Notes: generated by a model not told the origin, from the letters alone. A stretch of DNA of 64,000 nt from Thermodesulfobacteriota bacterium (GCA_046754225.1 JBHHVI010000004.1:147-64146), one strand, 5' to 3'. Numbered from the stretch's first letter, positions 1 through 10,378 are shown. Translations and numbers: made by a program.

Positions 1-306
1 CATGCCTATGTAGTAGTCCATATCGACGATCTTTCTCCTGAGGGACTCCGAGAGAAAGCCCGAGGTGAAAAGAGAGATGTCGCCGAGCTCCTTTAAAAGA
101 TACAGCCCCCTTTCGCCTTCAAGGCTGACGGCCTCTAAATACCTTGTGGCGAGCGGCTCTCCCGTGAGCCTTTCGGAGTTTATAAAACTCTCAAGGAGGC
201 TTGAGAGATAGAATTCAGTCATCTCGGCGGCGGACACCTTCTGATGCTCTATGGCCGCCTCGACCATCTCCTTGAAGTATTCCATTGGTCTTATCTCTGT
301 AATCAT
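1..306 (-). CDS. hypothetical protein, 3' part only (the gene runs off the window's left edge; its start codon lies at 306 on the minus strand)
   Basis: Reverse-complement ORF starting ATG at 306 (MITEIRPMEYFKEMVEAAIEHQK...) with no stop before position 1. No family recognised. Confidence 0.4.
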   Translation of the reverse strand, partial: MITEIRPMEYFKEMVEAAIEHQKVSAAEMTEFYLSSLLESFINSERLTGEPLATRYLEAVSLEGERGLYLLKELGDISLFTSGFLSESLRRKIVDMDYYIGM

Positions 307-503
307 AATGGCCACCCCGCTTTAAGATGATTATGGAATATCCTTACGTCAAAAGGCCGTGACTCCGGTTACAATAGTTATATTAATTATACTTTATCGC
401 GGGAAAAGATGCAAAATTTTTTTTAGGCCCCTACCTTTTTCCGTCACGATACCGGCCTCTTTGTAACGCCGTTTTGCGCAAAAAATGCAGTGATTGTTGG
501 GTG

Positions 504-530
504 TTAGCACTCAGAGGAGTGGAGTGCTAA
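504..530 (+). promoter_or_regulatory. CIRCE operator (HrcA binding site) upstream of groES
   Basis: TTAGCACTC-agaggagtg-GAGTGCTAA, an exact match to the CIRCE consensus TTAGCACTC-N9-GAGTGCTAA. Confidence 0.9.
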
Positions 531-537
531 TTTTTTC

Positions 538-566
538 TTGACAAACCATGATTGGGGTCATATATT
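538..566 (+). promoter_or_regulatory. sigma70-type promoter for groES-groEL
   Basis: TTGACA (538-543), 17 nt spacer, TATATT (561-566), about 75 nt upstream of the groES ATG. Confidence 0.5.
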
Positions 567-643
567 TACTGACACAAAATCTTTACCGATAATTTTTGTT
601 GTATTCTGTAAAAAAAACCCAAATAAAGGAGGAAGAGAAAGAG

Positions 644-931
644 ATGAAAATCAAACCGCTTCGTGACCGGGTACTCGTCAAGAGGCTTGAAGAGGAAGAG
701 AAGACAAAGGGCGGGATAATCATCCCCGAGAGCGCCAAGGAGGCCCCGGCGGAGGGCAAGGTAGTGGCCGTGGGTCCGGGCAAAAAGGATGACAGCGGCA
801 AGTTGATACCCACAGAGGTAAAGACCGGCGACAGGGTGCTTTTCAGCAAGTACGCCGGAACCGAGGTAAAGATCGAGGGCGTGGAGCATCTTATCATGAA
901 CGAGGACGATATACTCGGGATCGTTGGATAA
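644..931 (+). CDS. groES: co-chaperonin GroES
   Basis: [14 protein letters not shown]...; 96 aa; RBS AAGGAGG at 626-632; the track ORF 596..931 is trimmed to the RBS-supported ATG at 644. Confidence 0.95.
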   Translation: MKIKPLRDRVLVKRLEEEEKTKGGIIIPESAKEAPAEGKVVAVGPGKKDDSGKLIPTEVKTGDRVLFSKYAGTEVKIEGVEHLIMNEDDILGIVG

Positions 932-993
932 GGGATAACCTTAATTAACGGACGACCTTAATTAACCGGAGAAAAAATATTCAGGAGGATTAA

Positions 994-2655
<1,662 letters not shown>

Positions 2656-2698
2656 TACCGGGTAGACCCTTTAAAGTCTGTCCCGTTAACGCTCAGGA

Positions 2699-2728
2699 GG
2701 GCGGCCCGTTTCTTGGGCCGCCCTTTTT
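2699..2728 (+). terminator. rho-independent terminator after groEL
   Basis: GGGCGGCCC-gtttctt-GGGCCGCCC hairpin followed by TTTTT. Confidence 0.8.
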
Positions 2729-2743
2729 CGTAACCTTAACTCC

Positions 2744-3415
2744 ATGAAAACAGCGATGAAAAGCGCGGACATCCCCGTGGTCATGAGGATACTCAAAAGG
2801 GAGTGTAAAAAGCTCAAGACCCCCTATGTGACGATTGTGGCCGGAGGGGAAAGGAAAGACCCCTTCAGGATCCTCGTCTCCTGCGTCTTGAGCCTGAGGA
2901 CCAAGGACTCTACGACACGCGAGGCCTCGGTGAGGTTATTCAGGCTCGCCGCGAGCCCGGTGGAGCTTGCCGCCCTCAAGACCTCTCAAATCGAGAGGGC
3001 CATCTACCCCGTGGGTTTTTACAGGACCAAGGCCCGCCAATTAAAGGAGATGGGCGCTACGCTCGTTAACCGGTACGGCTCGAATGTCCCCTGTACCATT
3101 GAGGAGCTACTTGAATTGAAGGGTGTGGGGCGTAAGACCGCGAACCTCGTAGTCACCATGGGCTACGCAAAGCCGGGCATATGCGTCGACACCCATGTCC
3201 ACAGGATAACCAACCGCTGGGGTTTCGTAAATACAAAGACACCTGAAAAGACAGAGTCCGCACTCAGAAAAAAACTCGACAAAAGATACTGGATAGCCAT
3301 TAACGACCTCCTCGTGACCTACGGGCAGAATATCTGCAGGCCCCTGTCTCCGCTTTGCAGCCGCTGCGGTATATACAAATACTGCGCCAGGAAAGGCGTA
3401 AAAAAGTGGAGATAA
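2744..3415 (+). CDS. nth: endonuclease III (DNA glycosylase/AP lyase, HhH-GPD with 4Fe-4S cluster)
   Basis: HhH motif LLELKGVGRKTANLV and a C-terminal C-x6-C-x2-C-x5-C cluster (CRPLSPLCSRCGIYKYC). The start could also be the second ATG at 2756. Confidence 0.85.
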   Translation: MKTAMKSADIPVVMRILKRECKKLKTPYVTIVAGGERKDPFRILVSCVLSLRTKDSTTREASVRLFRLAASPVELAALKTSQIERAIYPVGFYRTKARQLKEMGATLVNRYGSNVPCTIEELLELKGVGRKTANLVVTMGYAKPGICVDTHVHRITNRWGFVNTKTPEKTESALRKKLDKRYWIAINDLLVTYGQNICRPLSPLCSRCGIYKYCARKGVKKWR

Positions 3416-3418
3416 CAC

Positions 3419-3447
3419 TTGAGTTTGTGCTTTTCAGAGGGTATTAT
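3419..3447 (+). promoter_or_regulatory. candidate sigma70 promoter for the selenoprotein gene
   Basis: TTGAGT (3419-3424), 17 nt spacer, TATTAT (3442-3447). Confidence 0.35.
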
Positions 3448-3516
3448 TAAGATGAAAATCTTTAAAGGCGCAAAATCTCAAATGCCCTCGGAACTTTTTC
3501 GGGGCGGGAGGCTTTT

Positions 3517-3732
3517 ATGGAAAAAAAGGTTCTCATCTTCGGCAAGGATACCTGACCCTACACGAGCGCGGCCCGTGAGGATTACGCGAAAAAGGGTTAC
3601 GACGTCGAGTACGTGAATGTCAAAAGCTCCGCCGCGAATATGGACAGGATGCTTGATCTCTCCGGCGGAGGACGCGACGTCCCTCTTATCGTCACAGAGG
3701 GGAAGACTACCGTGGGGTTCGGAGGCACGTGA
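3517..3732 (+). CDS. glutaredoxin-like (NrdH/YruB-type) selenoprotein; the in-frame UGA at 3553-3555 is read as selenocysteine
   Basis: RBS GGGAGG at 3505-3510 then ATG at 3517. Translation is MEKKVLIFGKDT-U-PYTSAAREDYAKKGYDVEYVNV...RDVPLIVTEGKTTVGFGG. The TGA sits exactly where the first Cys of the glutaredoxin C-P-Y-C motif would be, and the protein continues in frame with glutaredoxin-like conservation (VP.IV..G...VGF) for 58 more codons to TGA at 3730. Confidence 0.7.
3557..3581 (+). other. SECIS-like hairpin immediately 3' of the in-frame UGA
   Basis: CACG(3561-3564)...CGTG(3574-3577), extended by c3558-g3580 and t3559-g3579, with an apical loop agcgcggcc. It begins 6 nt after the UGA. 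Confidence 0.4.
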
Positions 3733-3851
3733 GGGGTTTAGCCCCGGGCCGGGAGGCTCCCGGCCGTAAATTCCTTGAATATAAAATCAGCGCCTTTAAG
3801 AGGCGGGGCCGGGTTTAAAGACCCTGTCCCGTGACTTATGTGATAGGGCTA

Positions 3852-3880
3852 CGCACCCTGAAAAGGTGCGGCGCTTTTTT
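3852..3880 (+). terminator. rho-independent terminator
   Basis: CGCACC-ctgaaaa-GGTGCG then gcgc TTTTTT. Confidence 0.7.
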
Positions 3881-4019
3881 CGTCTAAATGGCGATTTTTT
3901 GTTTATGGAATACCCGGTTTAAGTGGCGGTCCATCAAAAAACCCCAAAGGACAGCGGCCCGGCTTGCGGCCGGGGAATTAAACTATAAGAGATTAAAAAA
4001 ACCAGGAGGAAGGTATAAG

Positions 4020-4439
4020 GTGGAGAAGACTCTTTCCATAGTCAAACCGGACGGCGTGAAAAAAAATATTATAGGAGAGGTTATTTCGAGGTTCGAGAAG
4101 AAGGGTCTGAAGGTCTCGGCCTTGAAGATGATAAGCCTTACGAAGAAAGAGGCCGAGGGTTTTTACGCCGTGCATAAAGAGAGGCCCTTTTTCTCGTCCC
4201 TTACGGACTTCATGTGTTCGGGCCCTGTGGCGGTGATGGTCCTTTCCGGGGATAACGCCGTCAAGACGGTAAGGAGCGTCATGGGGGCGACAAACCCCGA
4301 GGACGCCGACCCCGGCACCATCAGAAAGGACTTCGCAGACTCCATAGAGTCGAATATCGTCCACGGCTCCGACGGCCCCGACACGGCGGCCTTTGAGATA
4401 GGTTACTTCTTCAACGCCCTTGAGATATTCGAAGGATAA
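4020..4439 (+). CDS. ndk: nucleoside diphosphate kinase
   Basis: [13 protein letters not shown]..., active-site NIVHGSD; GTG start with RBS AGGAGGA 9 nt upstream. The track ORF 3888..4439 is trimmed to this start. Confidence 0.9.
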   Translation: MEKTLSIVKPDGVKKNIIGEVISRFEKKGLKVSALKMISLTKKEAEGFYAVHKERPFFSSLTDFMCSGPVAVMVLSGDNAVKTVRSVMGATNPEDADPGTIRKDFADSIESNIVHGSDGPDTAAFEIGYFFNALEIFEG

Positions 4440-4448
4440 AAGGATAAG

Positions 4449-5333
4449 ATGAACTCCATAGAAAAGATAAAGTCCCATTACAACTTCACCAACGGCGACG
4501 TGGAAAACCTCTTACGCCTCAAGCCCTTTATGGAGAAGCACCGCGGCGACTTCGTGGTGCAGTTCTATAACTATGTAAAGAACTTCGAGGAGGCCCACAG
4601 GTTCTTAAAGGACGAGGCCACCATAAAGAGGCACCAGGATGCCCTGAAGATCTGGTTCACGCAACTCTTTTCGGGAGAGTACGGCCCAAGGTATTTGGAG
4701 GGGCTCGAAAGGGTGGGCATGACCCATGTGAAGATAAACCTGCCCGCCCATTACGTCAACGCTGCCTTCCATTTCGTAAAGGATTACGTATACGAAAAGA
4801 TACAGGGCGAGATCAAAGACCCCTCGGAGCGCTCCTTTGTGCTCCGTTCCGTTTACAAGATAATCGAAATAAACCTCGACGTCTTCACGAGTTCCTACAT
4901 CGCCGAGGAAAAAAAGTTCTTCCTCTCGCAGAGGGTGGAGTCCTACCTCGTACAGGCGGCCAACCGTTTTGTCTACGGCATGAACCTCGTCCTCGTCCTC
5001 GGCCTCGTCGTTATCGGGGTCATGGTCGTGGTGCTCTTTGTCAACGACATGACCCACGTATTTGACGGCGATGTGGAAAAGGGGCTCCTCTCCACCCTTG
5101 GTACGCTCCTTATGCTATGGGTGGTAATCGAGCTTATGGACACGGAGATACGGCACCTGAAGGGCGGCAAATTCGCCATAAAGGTGTTTGTAAGCGTCGC
5201 CCTCGTGGCCATAATAAGAGAGATATTGATTACTTCGCTGAAGGGCGCCGAGGCGATGAACACCCAGCTTACGCTTATCGCGGCCGTGGCCGTGCTCGGA
5301 GGCGTTTACTGGCTCATCTCAAAGGTGGAGTGA
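4449..5333 (+). CDS. globin-coupled sensor (protoglobin-type) N-terminal domain fused to a PsiE-like multi-pass membrane domain
   Basis: The N-terminal ~170 aa match the globin-coupled-sensor globin fold pattern (FYNYV..., RYLEGLERVGMTHVKINLPAHYVNAAFHFV with a proximal His candidate). The C-terminal ~125 aa are hydrophobic and align with E. coli PsiE. Confidence 0.6.
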   Translation: MNSIEKIKSHYNFTNGDVENLLRLKPFMEKHRGDFVVQFYNYVKNFEEAHRFLKDEATIKRHQDALKIWFTQLFSGEYGPRYLEGLERVGMTHVKINLPAHYVNAAFHFVKDYVYEKIQGEIKDPSERSFVLRSVYKIIEINLDVFTSSYIAEEKKFFLSQRVESYLVQAANRFVYGMNLVLVLGLVVIGVMVVVLFVNDMTHVFDGDVEKGLLSTLGTLLMLWVVIELMDTEIRHLKGGKFAIKVFVSVALVAIIREILITSLKGAEAMNTQLTLIAAVAVLGGVYWLISKVE

Positions 5334-5417
5334 ATTTTTTAACTCAAGCGCCCGTCCGCCCCTGTCCGGGGGGCTTGTAATATACTCCGGCCCACGTTTG
5401 AACCGCGTTAAACAGAT

Positions 5418-6431
5418 ATGAAAAATATGAGGGATTTTACATACGAGGACCTTCTGGAAAATGTCTCCTCTCTCGGCGAAAGGCCTTACAGAGCCGCCCA
5501 GCTCTACCGCTGGATATACGGCAAGAGCGCTCCCTCCATAGACGCCATGACGGATATCTCCAGGGCACTGAGGGAAAGGCTGAGGAGAGATTTTTATATC
5601 GGCGGCATTACCGCGGCCGGGGCCCTGGAGGCCGCCGACGGGACCGTTAAGATGGTATTCCGCCTTGACGGAGGCCTTAAGATAGAGTCCGTCATCATCG
5701 CGGAGCCCGACAGGACAACTCTGTGCGTATCAAGCCAGGCGGGATGCGCCCTGGGGTGCGCTTTCTGCATGACCGGCAGAGGGGGGTATAAAAGGGACCT
5801 TAAGCTCTCGGAGCTTACGGGACAGGTCTTTGCGGCGAGGCGGTTTTTGAAGGGCGGCGCCCCGCTTACCAACATAGTGCTTATGGGTATGGGCGAGCCG
5901 CTCATTAATTATGATAATGTAGTCAGGTTCGTTAATATCCTCACCGACGAGCGGGGGTTCGGTTATTCCCACAACAGGGTAACGGTCTCCACGGCCGGGA
6001 TTACGCCCGCAATAAAAAGATTAGGTGAGGATACGTCGGTGAACCTCGCCGTATCCCTTAACGCCCCAACGGATAAGCTGAGGTCGCTCCTTATGCCCGT
6101 GAACAAAAAATACCCGCTTAAGGACCTTATTAAGGCCCTGAAGGAGTACCCCTTGAGGGGCAAAAGGCGTATTACCATAGAGTATGTCCTTTTAAGCGGG
6201 GTGAACGACTCCGACGCCCACGCCCGCTCCCTTAAAAAGGTCTTAAAGGGCGTAAGGTGCAAGATAAACATCATCCCCTTCAACCGCTTTCCCGGCGCCG
6301 CTTTCACGCGCCCCGAAGAGGGCAGGGTGCGGGCCTTCGGGGATATATTGATGCGAGGCGGTTATACCGTCGTTACTCGAAAGAGCAGGGGGGCGGATAT
6401 CGGGGCCGCCTGCGGGCAGCTGAAGGGTTGA
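5418..6431 (+). CDS. rlmN: 23S rRNA (adenine2503-C2)/tRNA methyltransferase RlmN (radical SAM)
   Basis: CVSSQAGCALGCAFC radical SAM motif plus RlmN-specific N-terminal region (RAAQLYRWIY). Confidence 0.9.
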   Translation: MKNMRDFTYEDLLENVSSLGERPYRAAQLYRWIYGKSAPSIDAMTDISRALRERLRRDFYIGGITAAGALEAADGTVKMVFRLDGGLKIESVIIAEPDRTTLCVSSQAGCALGCAFCMTGRGGYKRDLKLSELTGQVFAARRFLKGGAPLTNIVLMGMGEPLINYDNVVRFVNILTDERGFGYSHNRVTVSTAGITPAIKRLGEDTSVNLAVSLNAPTDKLRSLLMPVNKKYPLKDLIKALKEYPLRGKRRITIEYVLLSGVNDSDAHARSLKKVLKGVRCKINIIPFNRFPGAAFTRPEEGRVRAFGDILMRGGYTVVTRKSRGADIGAACGQLKG

Positions 6432-6576
6432 ATGCCCGGCCACGGCGGTGTGGTTTTCCGGCCGGGCAAAAAAAATGTTGAAGGGAAGGGGCGGTAATGT
6501 TAAAAATTATCGCCCGCGGTGATTACCCCCGCGGGCGTTGAAACGGACGTGCCGCAAAAAAAGACTGAAAGGGAAG

Positions 6577-7443
6577 ATGAATATGGAAGAGAGGGTGGTG
6601 GGCGTTATAGGCGGGAGCGGTCTCTATGAGATAGAGGGCCTTACCGACGTAAAGCCGGTTAAGGTTTCAACGCCCTTCGGGGACCCGTCCGACGAGTATA
6701 TCACCGGACGTCTCGGCGGGGTAAAGATGGTCTTTCTTCCCAGGCACGGCCGCGGCCACAGGCTCCTCCCCTCGGAGCTCAATTACAGGGCCAACATATA
6801 CGGCATGAAAAAGCTCGGCGTGGAGTGGATAATATCCGTCTCCGCCGTGGGGAGCATGAGAGAGAAGATTAAACCGGGCCACATTGTATTGGTGGACCAG
6901 TTCTTCGACAGGACTAAAGCAAGGCCCTCCACCTTTTTCGGCTCCGGCGTCGTGGGCCACATAGAGTTCGCCGACCCCGTATGCGGCCATTTAAGCGGTC
7001 TCCTCTACAGCGCCGCGGTGGAGGCGGGCGCAGACGTGCACATGGGCGGCACATACATATGTATAGAAGGGCCGCAGTTCTCAACGAGGGCCGAATCGAA
7101 TATTTACAGGTCCTGGGGTGTGGACGTAATAGGCATGACGAACATCCCCGAGGCGAAACTCGCTCGTGAGGCCGAGATCTGTTATGCCACCGTAGCGCTC
7201 TCTACGGACTATGACTGCTGGCACACGGAAGAGGAGTCCGTTACCGTGGAGATGATACTTGAGACCATAAGAAAAAACGTGGCCATGGCCAGAGAGATAA
7301 TAAAGAAGGCGGCCCCGATGGTCAAGGGCCCGAGGGCGTGCGGTTGCGCCACGGCGATGAAATACGCTACGATAACAGATAAATCGGCGATATCAGAGGA
7401 GACGAAAAAAGACCTTGACCTCCTAATCGGAAAGTATCTCTAA
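6577..7443 (+). CDS. mtnP: S-methyl-5'-thioadenosine phosphorylase
   Basis: MTAP/PNP family (VIGGSGLYEI..., GMTNIPEAKLAREAEICYAT). Start trimmed to the ATG at 6577, which has RBS GGGAAG. Confidence 0.85.
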   Translation: MNMEERVVGVIGGSGLYEIEGLTDVKPVKVSTPFGDPSDEYITGRLGGVKMVFLPRHGRGHRLLPSELNYRANIYGMKKLGVEWIISVSAVGSMREKIKPGHIVLVDQFFDRTKARPSTFFGSGVVGHIEFADPVCGHLSGLLYSAAVEAGADVHMGGTYICIEGPQFSTRAESNIYRSWGVDVIGMTNIPEAKLAREAEICYATVALSTDYDCWHTEEESVTVEMILETIRKNVAMAREIIKKAAPMVKGPRACGCATAMKYATITDKSAISEETKKDLDLLIGKYL

Positions 7444-7488
7444 GGGGAGAGGGCATGAATTTTTTAACAGAATAAGGAGCGCGCTGAG

Positions 7489-8397
7489 ATGAGTATTCTT
7501 GTAGTAGGTTCCGTGGCCTTTGACAGTGTAAAGACGCCTTTCGGCGAGGCGGAAGAGGTGTTAGGGGGGTCGGCGACGTATTTTTCCACTTCGGCCAGTT
7601 ATTTCTCCGGCGTTAAACTTGTCGCCGTCGTGGGCTCGGACTTTCCCGACGAGCATCTCGGTAATCTTAAGAAGCGCGGCATAGATATCTCGGGGATAAA
7701 GAAGGTCCCGGGCAAGACATTCAGATGGAAGGGTTACTATGATTACGACCTGAACCAGGCCCATACCCTCGACACACAGTTGAACGTCTTCAGCGATTTC
7801 GACCCCAGCATACCCGACGCCATGGCGGAATCAAAATACCTTTTTCTGGCAAACATAGACCCCGAGCTCCAGTTGAAGGTCCTGGAGCAGGTAAAAAACC
7901 CCAGGCTCATAGCCTGTGACACCATGAACTTCTGGATAGAGGGTAAGCCCGAAGTGCTAAAAAAACTCCTTAAACGCGTGGAGCTCTTCGTTATAAACGA
8001 GGGTGAGGCGAGGGAGTTTTCGGGAGAGGCGAGCCTCGTCAGGGCGGCGAAAAAGATACTGGCCCTCGGCCCGAAGACCCTCATAGTAAAGAGGGGAGAG
8101 TACGGGGCCCTCATGTTCAACGGCTCTTCCGTCTTTTCGGCCCCGGCCTATCCCCTTGAGGAGATATTCGACCCCACCGGCGCCGGGGACAGCTTTGCCG
8201 GCGGGCTTATGGGGTATCTCGCCAATACCGGCGACTTAAGCGATGATAATATGAGAAGGGCCATAATATTCGGCAGCGTCATGGCTTCGTTTAACGTCGA
8301 GGCCTTCAGCATGGGAAGGCTCGGCGACCTCACCAACGAAGAGATACGCGCCCGATATAACGAATTTAAGCGGTTGACCCACTTCGAGGAACTGTGA
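7489..8397 (+). CDS. PfkB-family carbohydrate/nucleoside kinase
   Basis: Ribokinase-like fold with a GAGD motif near the C-terminus (DPTGAGDSFAGG); RBS AAGGAG. Confidence 0.75.
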   Translation: MSILVVGSVAFDSVKTPFGEAEEVLGGSATYFSTSASYFSGVKLVAVVGSDFPDEHLGNLKKRGIDISGIKKVPGKTFRWKGYYDYDLNQAHTLDTQLNVFSDFDPSIPDAMAESKYLFLANIDPELQLKVLEQVKNPRLIACDTMNFWIEGKPEVLKKLLKRVELFVINEGEAREFSGEASLVRAAKKILALGPKTLIVKRGEYGALMFNGSSVFSAPAYPLEEIFDPTGAGDSFAGGLMGYLANTGDLSDDNMRRAIIFGSVMASFNVEAFSMGRLGDLTNEEIRARYNEFKRLTHFEEL

Positions 8398-8483
8398 TAA
8401 TTTGTTCATGATATCAAGGCTAAAGCCCGGCGCATTAAGGCGTAGAGGACAAATTTTTCAGAAGCTCTTGAACGAACCTTGCC

Positions 8484-9278
8484 ATGACCCTGTCTCTCAA
8501 TAAAAGTTTTCCCGCCGCTTTGCGGACGCTGTCCTTTAAGGGGGTCTTATGCCTCGCCGTGGCCGTATTTTTCTTTACAGCCTGCGCGCACCGCCAGGAA
8601 AAGAGAAAAAAGGGCGCGCACACCCATTACAGGCTCGGCGTTGTGTACTATAAGGACGGCAGGATAGCCGAGGCCCTTAAAGAACTCAATATCGCCGTTG
8701 ATATGCACCCTAAAGAGCCTTCCTATCATGTGGCGCTGGGGCTGGCGTACCTCGCGCGCGGCTTTAACAACGAAGCGAAAAAGCATCTCGGGGACGCAAT
8801 AAAACTCAAGCCTGAATTTTCCGAGGCCCGTGTAAACCTCGCCGCCGTATACCTGAAGGAAGGGGACTGGGACGGCGCCATCGCCGAGTGCATGAAGGCG
8901 TTAAAGAACCTCTATTACAAGACCCCGGAGGCGGCATACCTCAACATTGGTTGGGCCTACCATAACAAAGGTATGTACAGTGCCGCCCTTGAAAATCTCA
9001 AGAAGTCCGTGGAGCTTAACCCGCGGGTTCCGTTGGCGTATTATAATACCGGCCTTACGTTAGAGAAGATGAACAAGGCCAAAAAGGCCGTCAAGGCCTA
9101 CGACGATGCGATAAAGCTCAAGCCCCGCTATATGGAGGCGTATTACAGAAAGGGCGTCGCCCTCGTCAAGGTCAAGGACAGGCCCGGCGCGCTTCGTGCC
9201 TTTAAAAAGGTAATAGAGATCGCCCCCGGGAGCGAAAAGGCGGCGTCTGCGAGAGATTATATCGAACTTATAAAATAA
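8484..9278 (+). CDS. TPR-repeat lipoprotein (PilF/PilW- or BamD-like)
   Basis: Signal peptide with a lipobox-like FFFTAC and multiple TPR repeats (AYLNIGWAYHNKGMYSAALENLKKSVELNP...). Confidence 0.7.
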   Translation: MTLSLNKSFPAALRTLSFKGVLCLAVAVFFFTACAHRQEKRKKGAHTHYRLGVVYYKDGRIAEALKELNIAVDMHPKEPSYHVALGLAYLARGFNNEAKKHLGDAIKLKPEFSEARVNLAAVYLKEGDWDGAIAECMKALKNLYYKTPEAAYLNIGWAYHNKGMYSAALENLKKSVELNPRVPLAYYNTGLTLEKMNKAKKAVKAYDDAIKLKPRYMEAYYRKGVALVKVKDRPGALRAFKKVIEIAPGSEKAASARDYIELIK

Positions 9279-9471
9279 TCCGGTTTTCGAATTGGGGCAT
9301 CTTCCTTTTATTGCTGAAACCTTTCACGCCTGCCAGTTAGATGGACGCCTGCTTATCGGCGGTCTTTCCCCGCGGAGAGGCCCTGAGCCCCCTTATTTGA
9401 AGACGACTACTTTACCGGGGGATTCACCTTCTTATTTTTACGGCGAAATAAGACCCCCTTGGTTGTGAGAT

Positions 9472-10284
9472 ATGGAAAGTCCAGGGTCCTACATCAGGAG
9501 GGAGAGGGAACACAGGGGTATCTCTCTCACGGCTGTGCATGAGGCCACACGTGTGCCTTTAAACAATCTCAAGGCCCTCGAGGAAGACAGGTTCGGCGAT
9601 TTGCCGCACCGGGCGTTTATAAAGGGTTATTTAAAGGCCGTTTGCAAGTACCTCGGACTTGATGAGACGGATACGCTTCTGCGTTACGAGATGTTTTTGA
9701 GGGAGACTTCTCTACGGGTGGTGCCGGCCGGCGAGGATGAACTGCCCGGCAAACCGTCCCCGGTCTCGATAAATTCAAAAAACATTGTCTCAGCCCTGGT
9801 CGTCTTCGGTGTGGTGATAATAATAGCGTTTTATTTTGTATTTTCCATGAAAACCACCGTCGAGACCGTCCCGGGCGACAGCGCCGCCCCGGCACCGGAG
9901 GCGCCAAGCCTGGAAAGGTTGGAAAAGGTAGAAGAGGCGCCTTCCGGGGATGCGGACCTCATCCCCGCCGGCGCGGAAAAAACAAATGAGGTCAAAGGCG
10001 AGACCGGCGGCGGCGAACACGTCCTGAGCATAACCGCCAGCGAGGATGTGTGGATACAGACGGCCCTTGACGGAGGAGAACCCTTTGAGGTACTGCTTAA
10101 AGAGGGCGAGAGTGTGGAGTGGAAGGCGAAGGATAATTTTTCGCTCGTCATAGGAAATGCCGCCGGAGTAAGCCTCACCATGGACGGATGGGAGTTTCCC
10201 CGGCTCGGTGAGCGCGGCAAGGTCGTCAGGCTGAGCCTGCCGCCGGCCGGCGCCGTCGATAAAGACGCCGGCCCCGTTGAGTGA
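9472..10284 (+). CDS. rodZ: cytoskeleton protein RodZ (HTH, TM segment, DUF4115)
   Basis: N-terminal XRE-type HTH, one TM helix (ALVVFGVVIIIAFYFVF), Pro/Ala-rich linker and a C-terminal DUF4115-like domain (VWIQTALDGGEPFEVLLKEGES...LSLPP). Confidence 0.8.
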   Translation: MESPGSYIRREREHRGISLTAVHEATRVPLNNLKALEEDRFGDLPHRAFIKGYLKAVCKYLGLDETDTLLRYEMFLRETSLRVVPAGEDELPGKPSPVSINSKNIVSALVVFGVVIIIAFYFVFSMKTTVETVPGDSAAPAPEAPSLERLEKVEEAPSGDADLIPAGAEKTNEVKGETGGGEHVLSITASEDVWIQTALDGGEPFEVLLKEGESVEWKAKDNFSLVIGNAAGVSLTMDGWEFPRLGERGKVVRLSLPPAGAVDKDAGPVE

Positions 10285-10378
10285 GGGGTTTATACTAAAA
10301 TTGTTATAAAGAGGATTAAAAATCAGGCCGGCTTTTTGAGAAGGTCTTTAGGGCGTGAAATGACCCAAGGGAGATTGT

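Noticed and set aside
3419-3616. Track ORF of 65 aa (MSLCFSEGIIKMKIFKGAKSQ...)
   Set aside because: Arg-rich out-of-frame artefact overlapping the glutaredoxin-like selenoprotein gene, which has an RBS, glutaredoxin homology and a SECIS-like hairpin in another frame.
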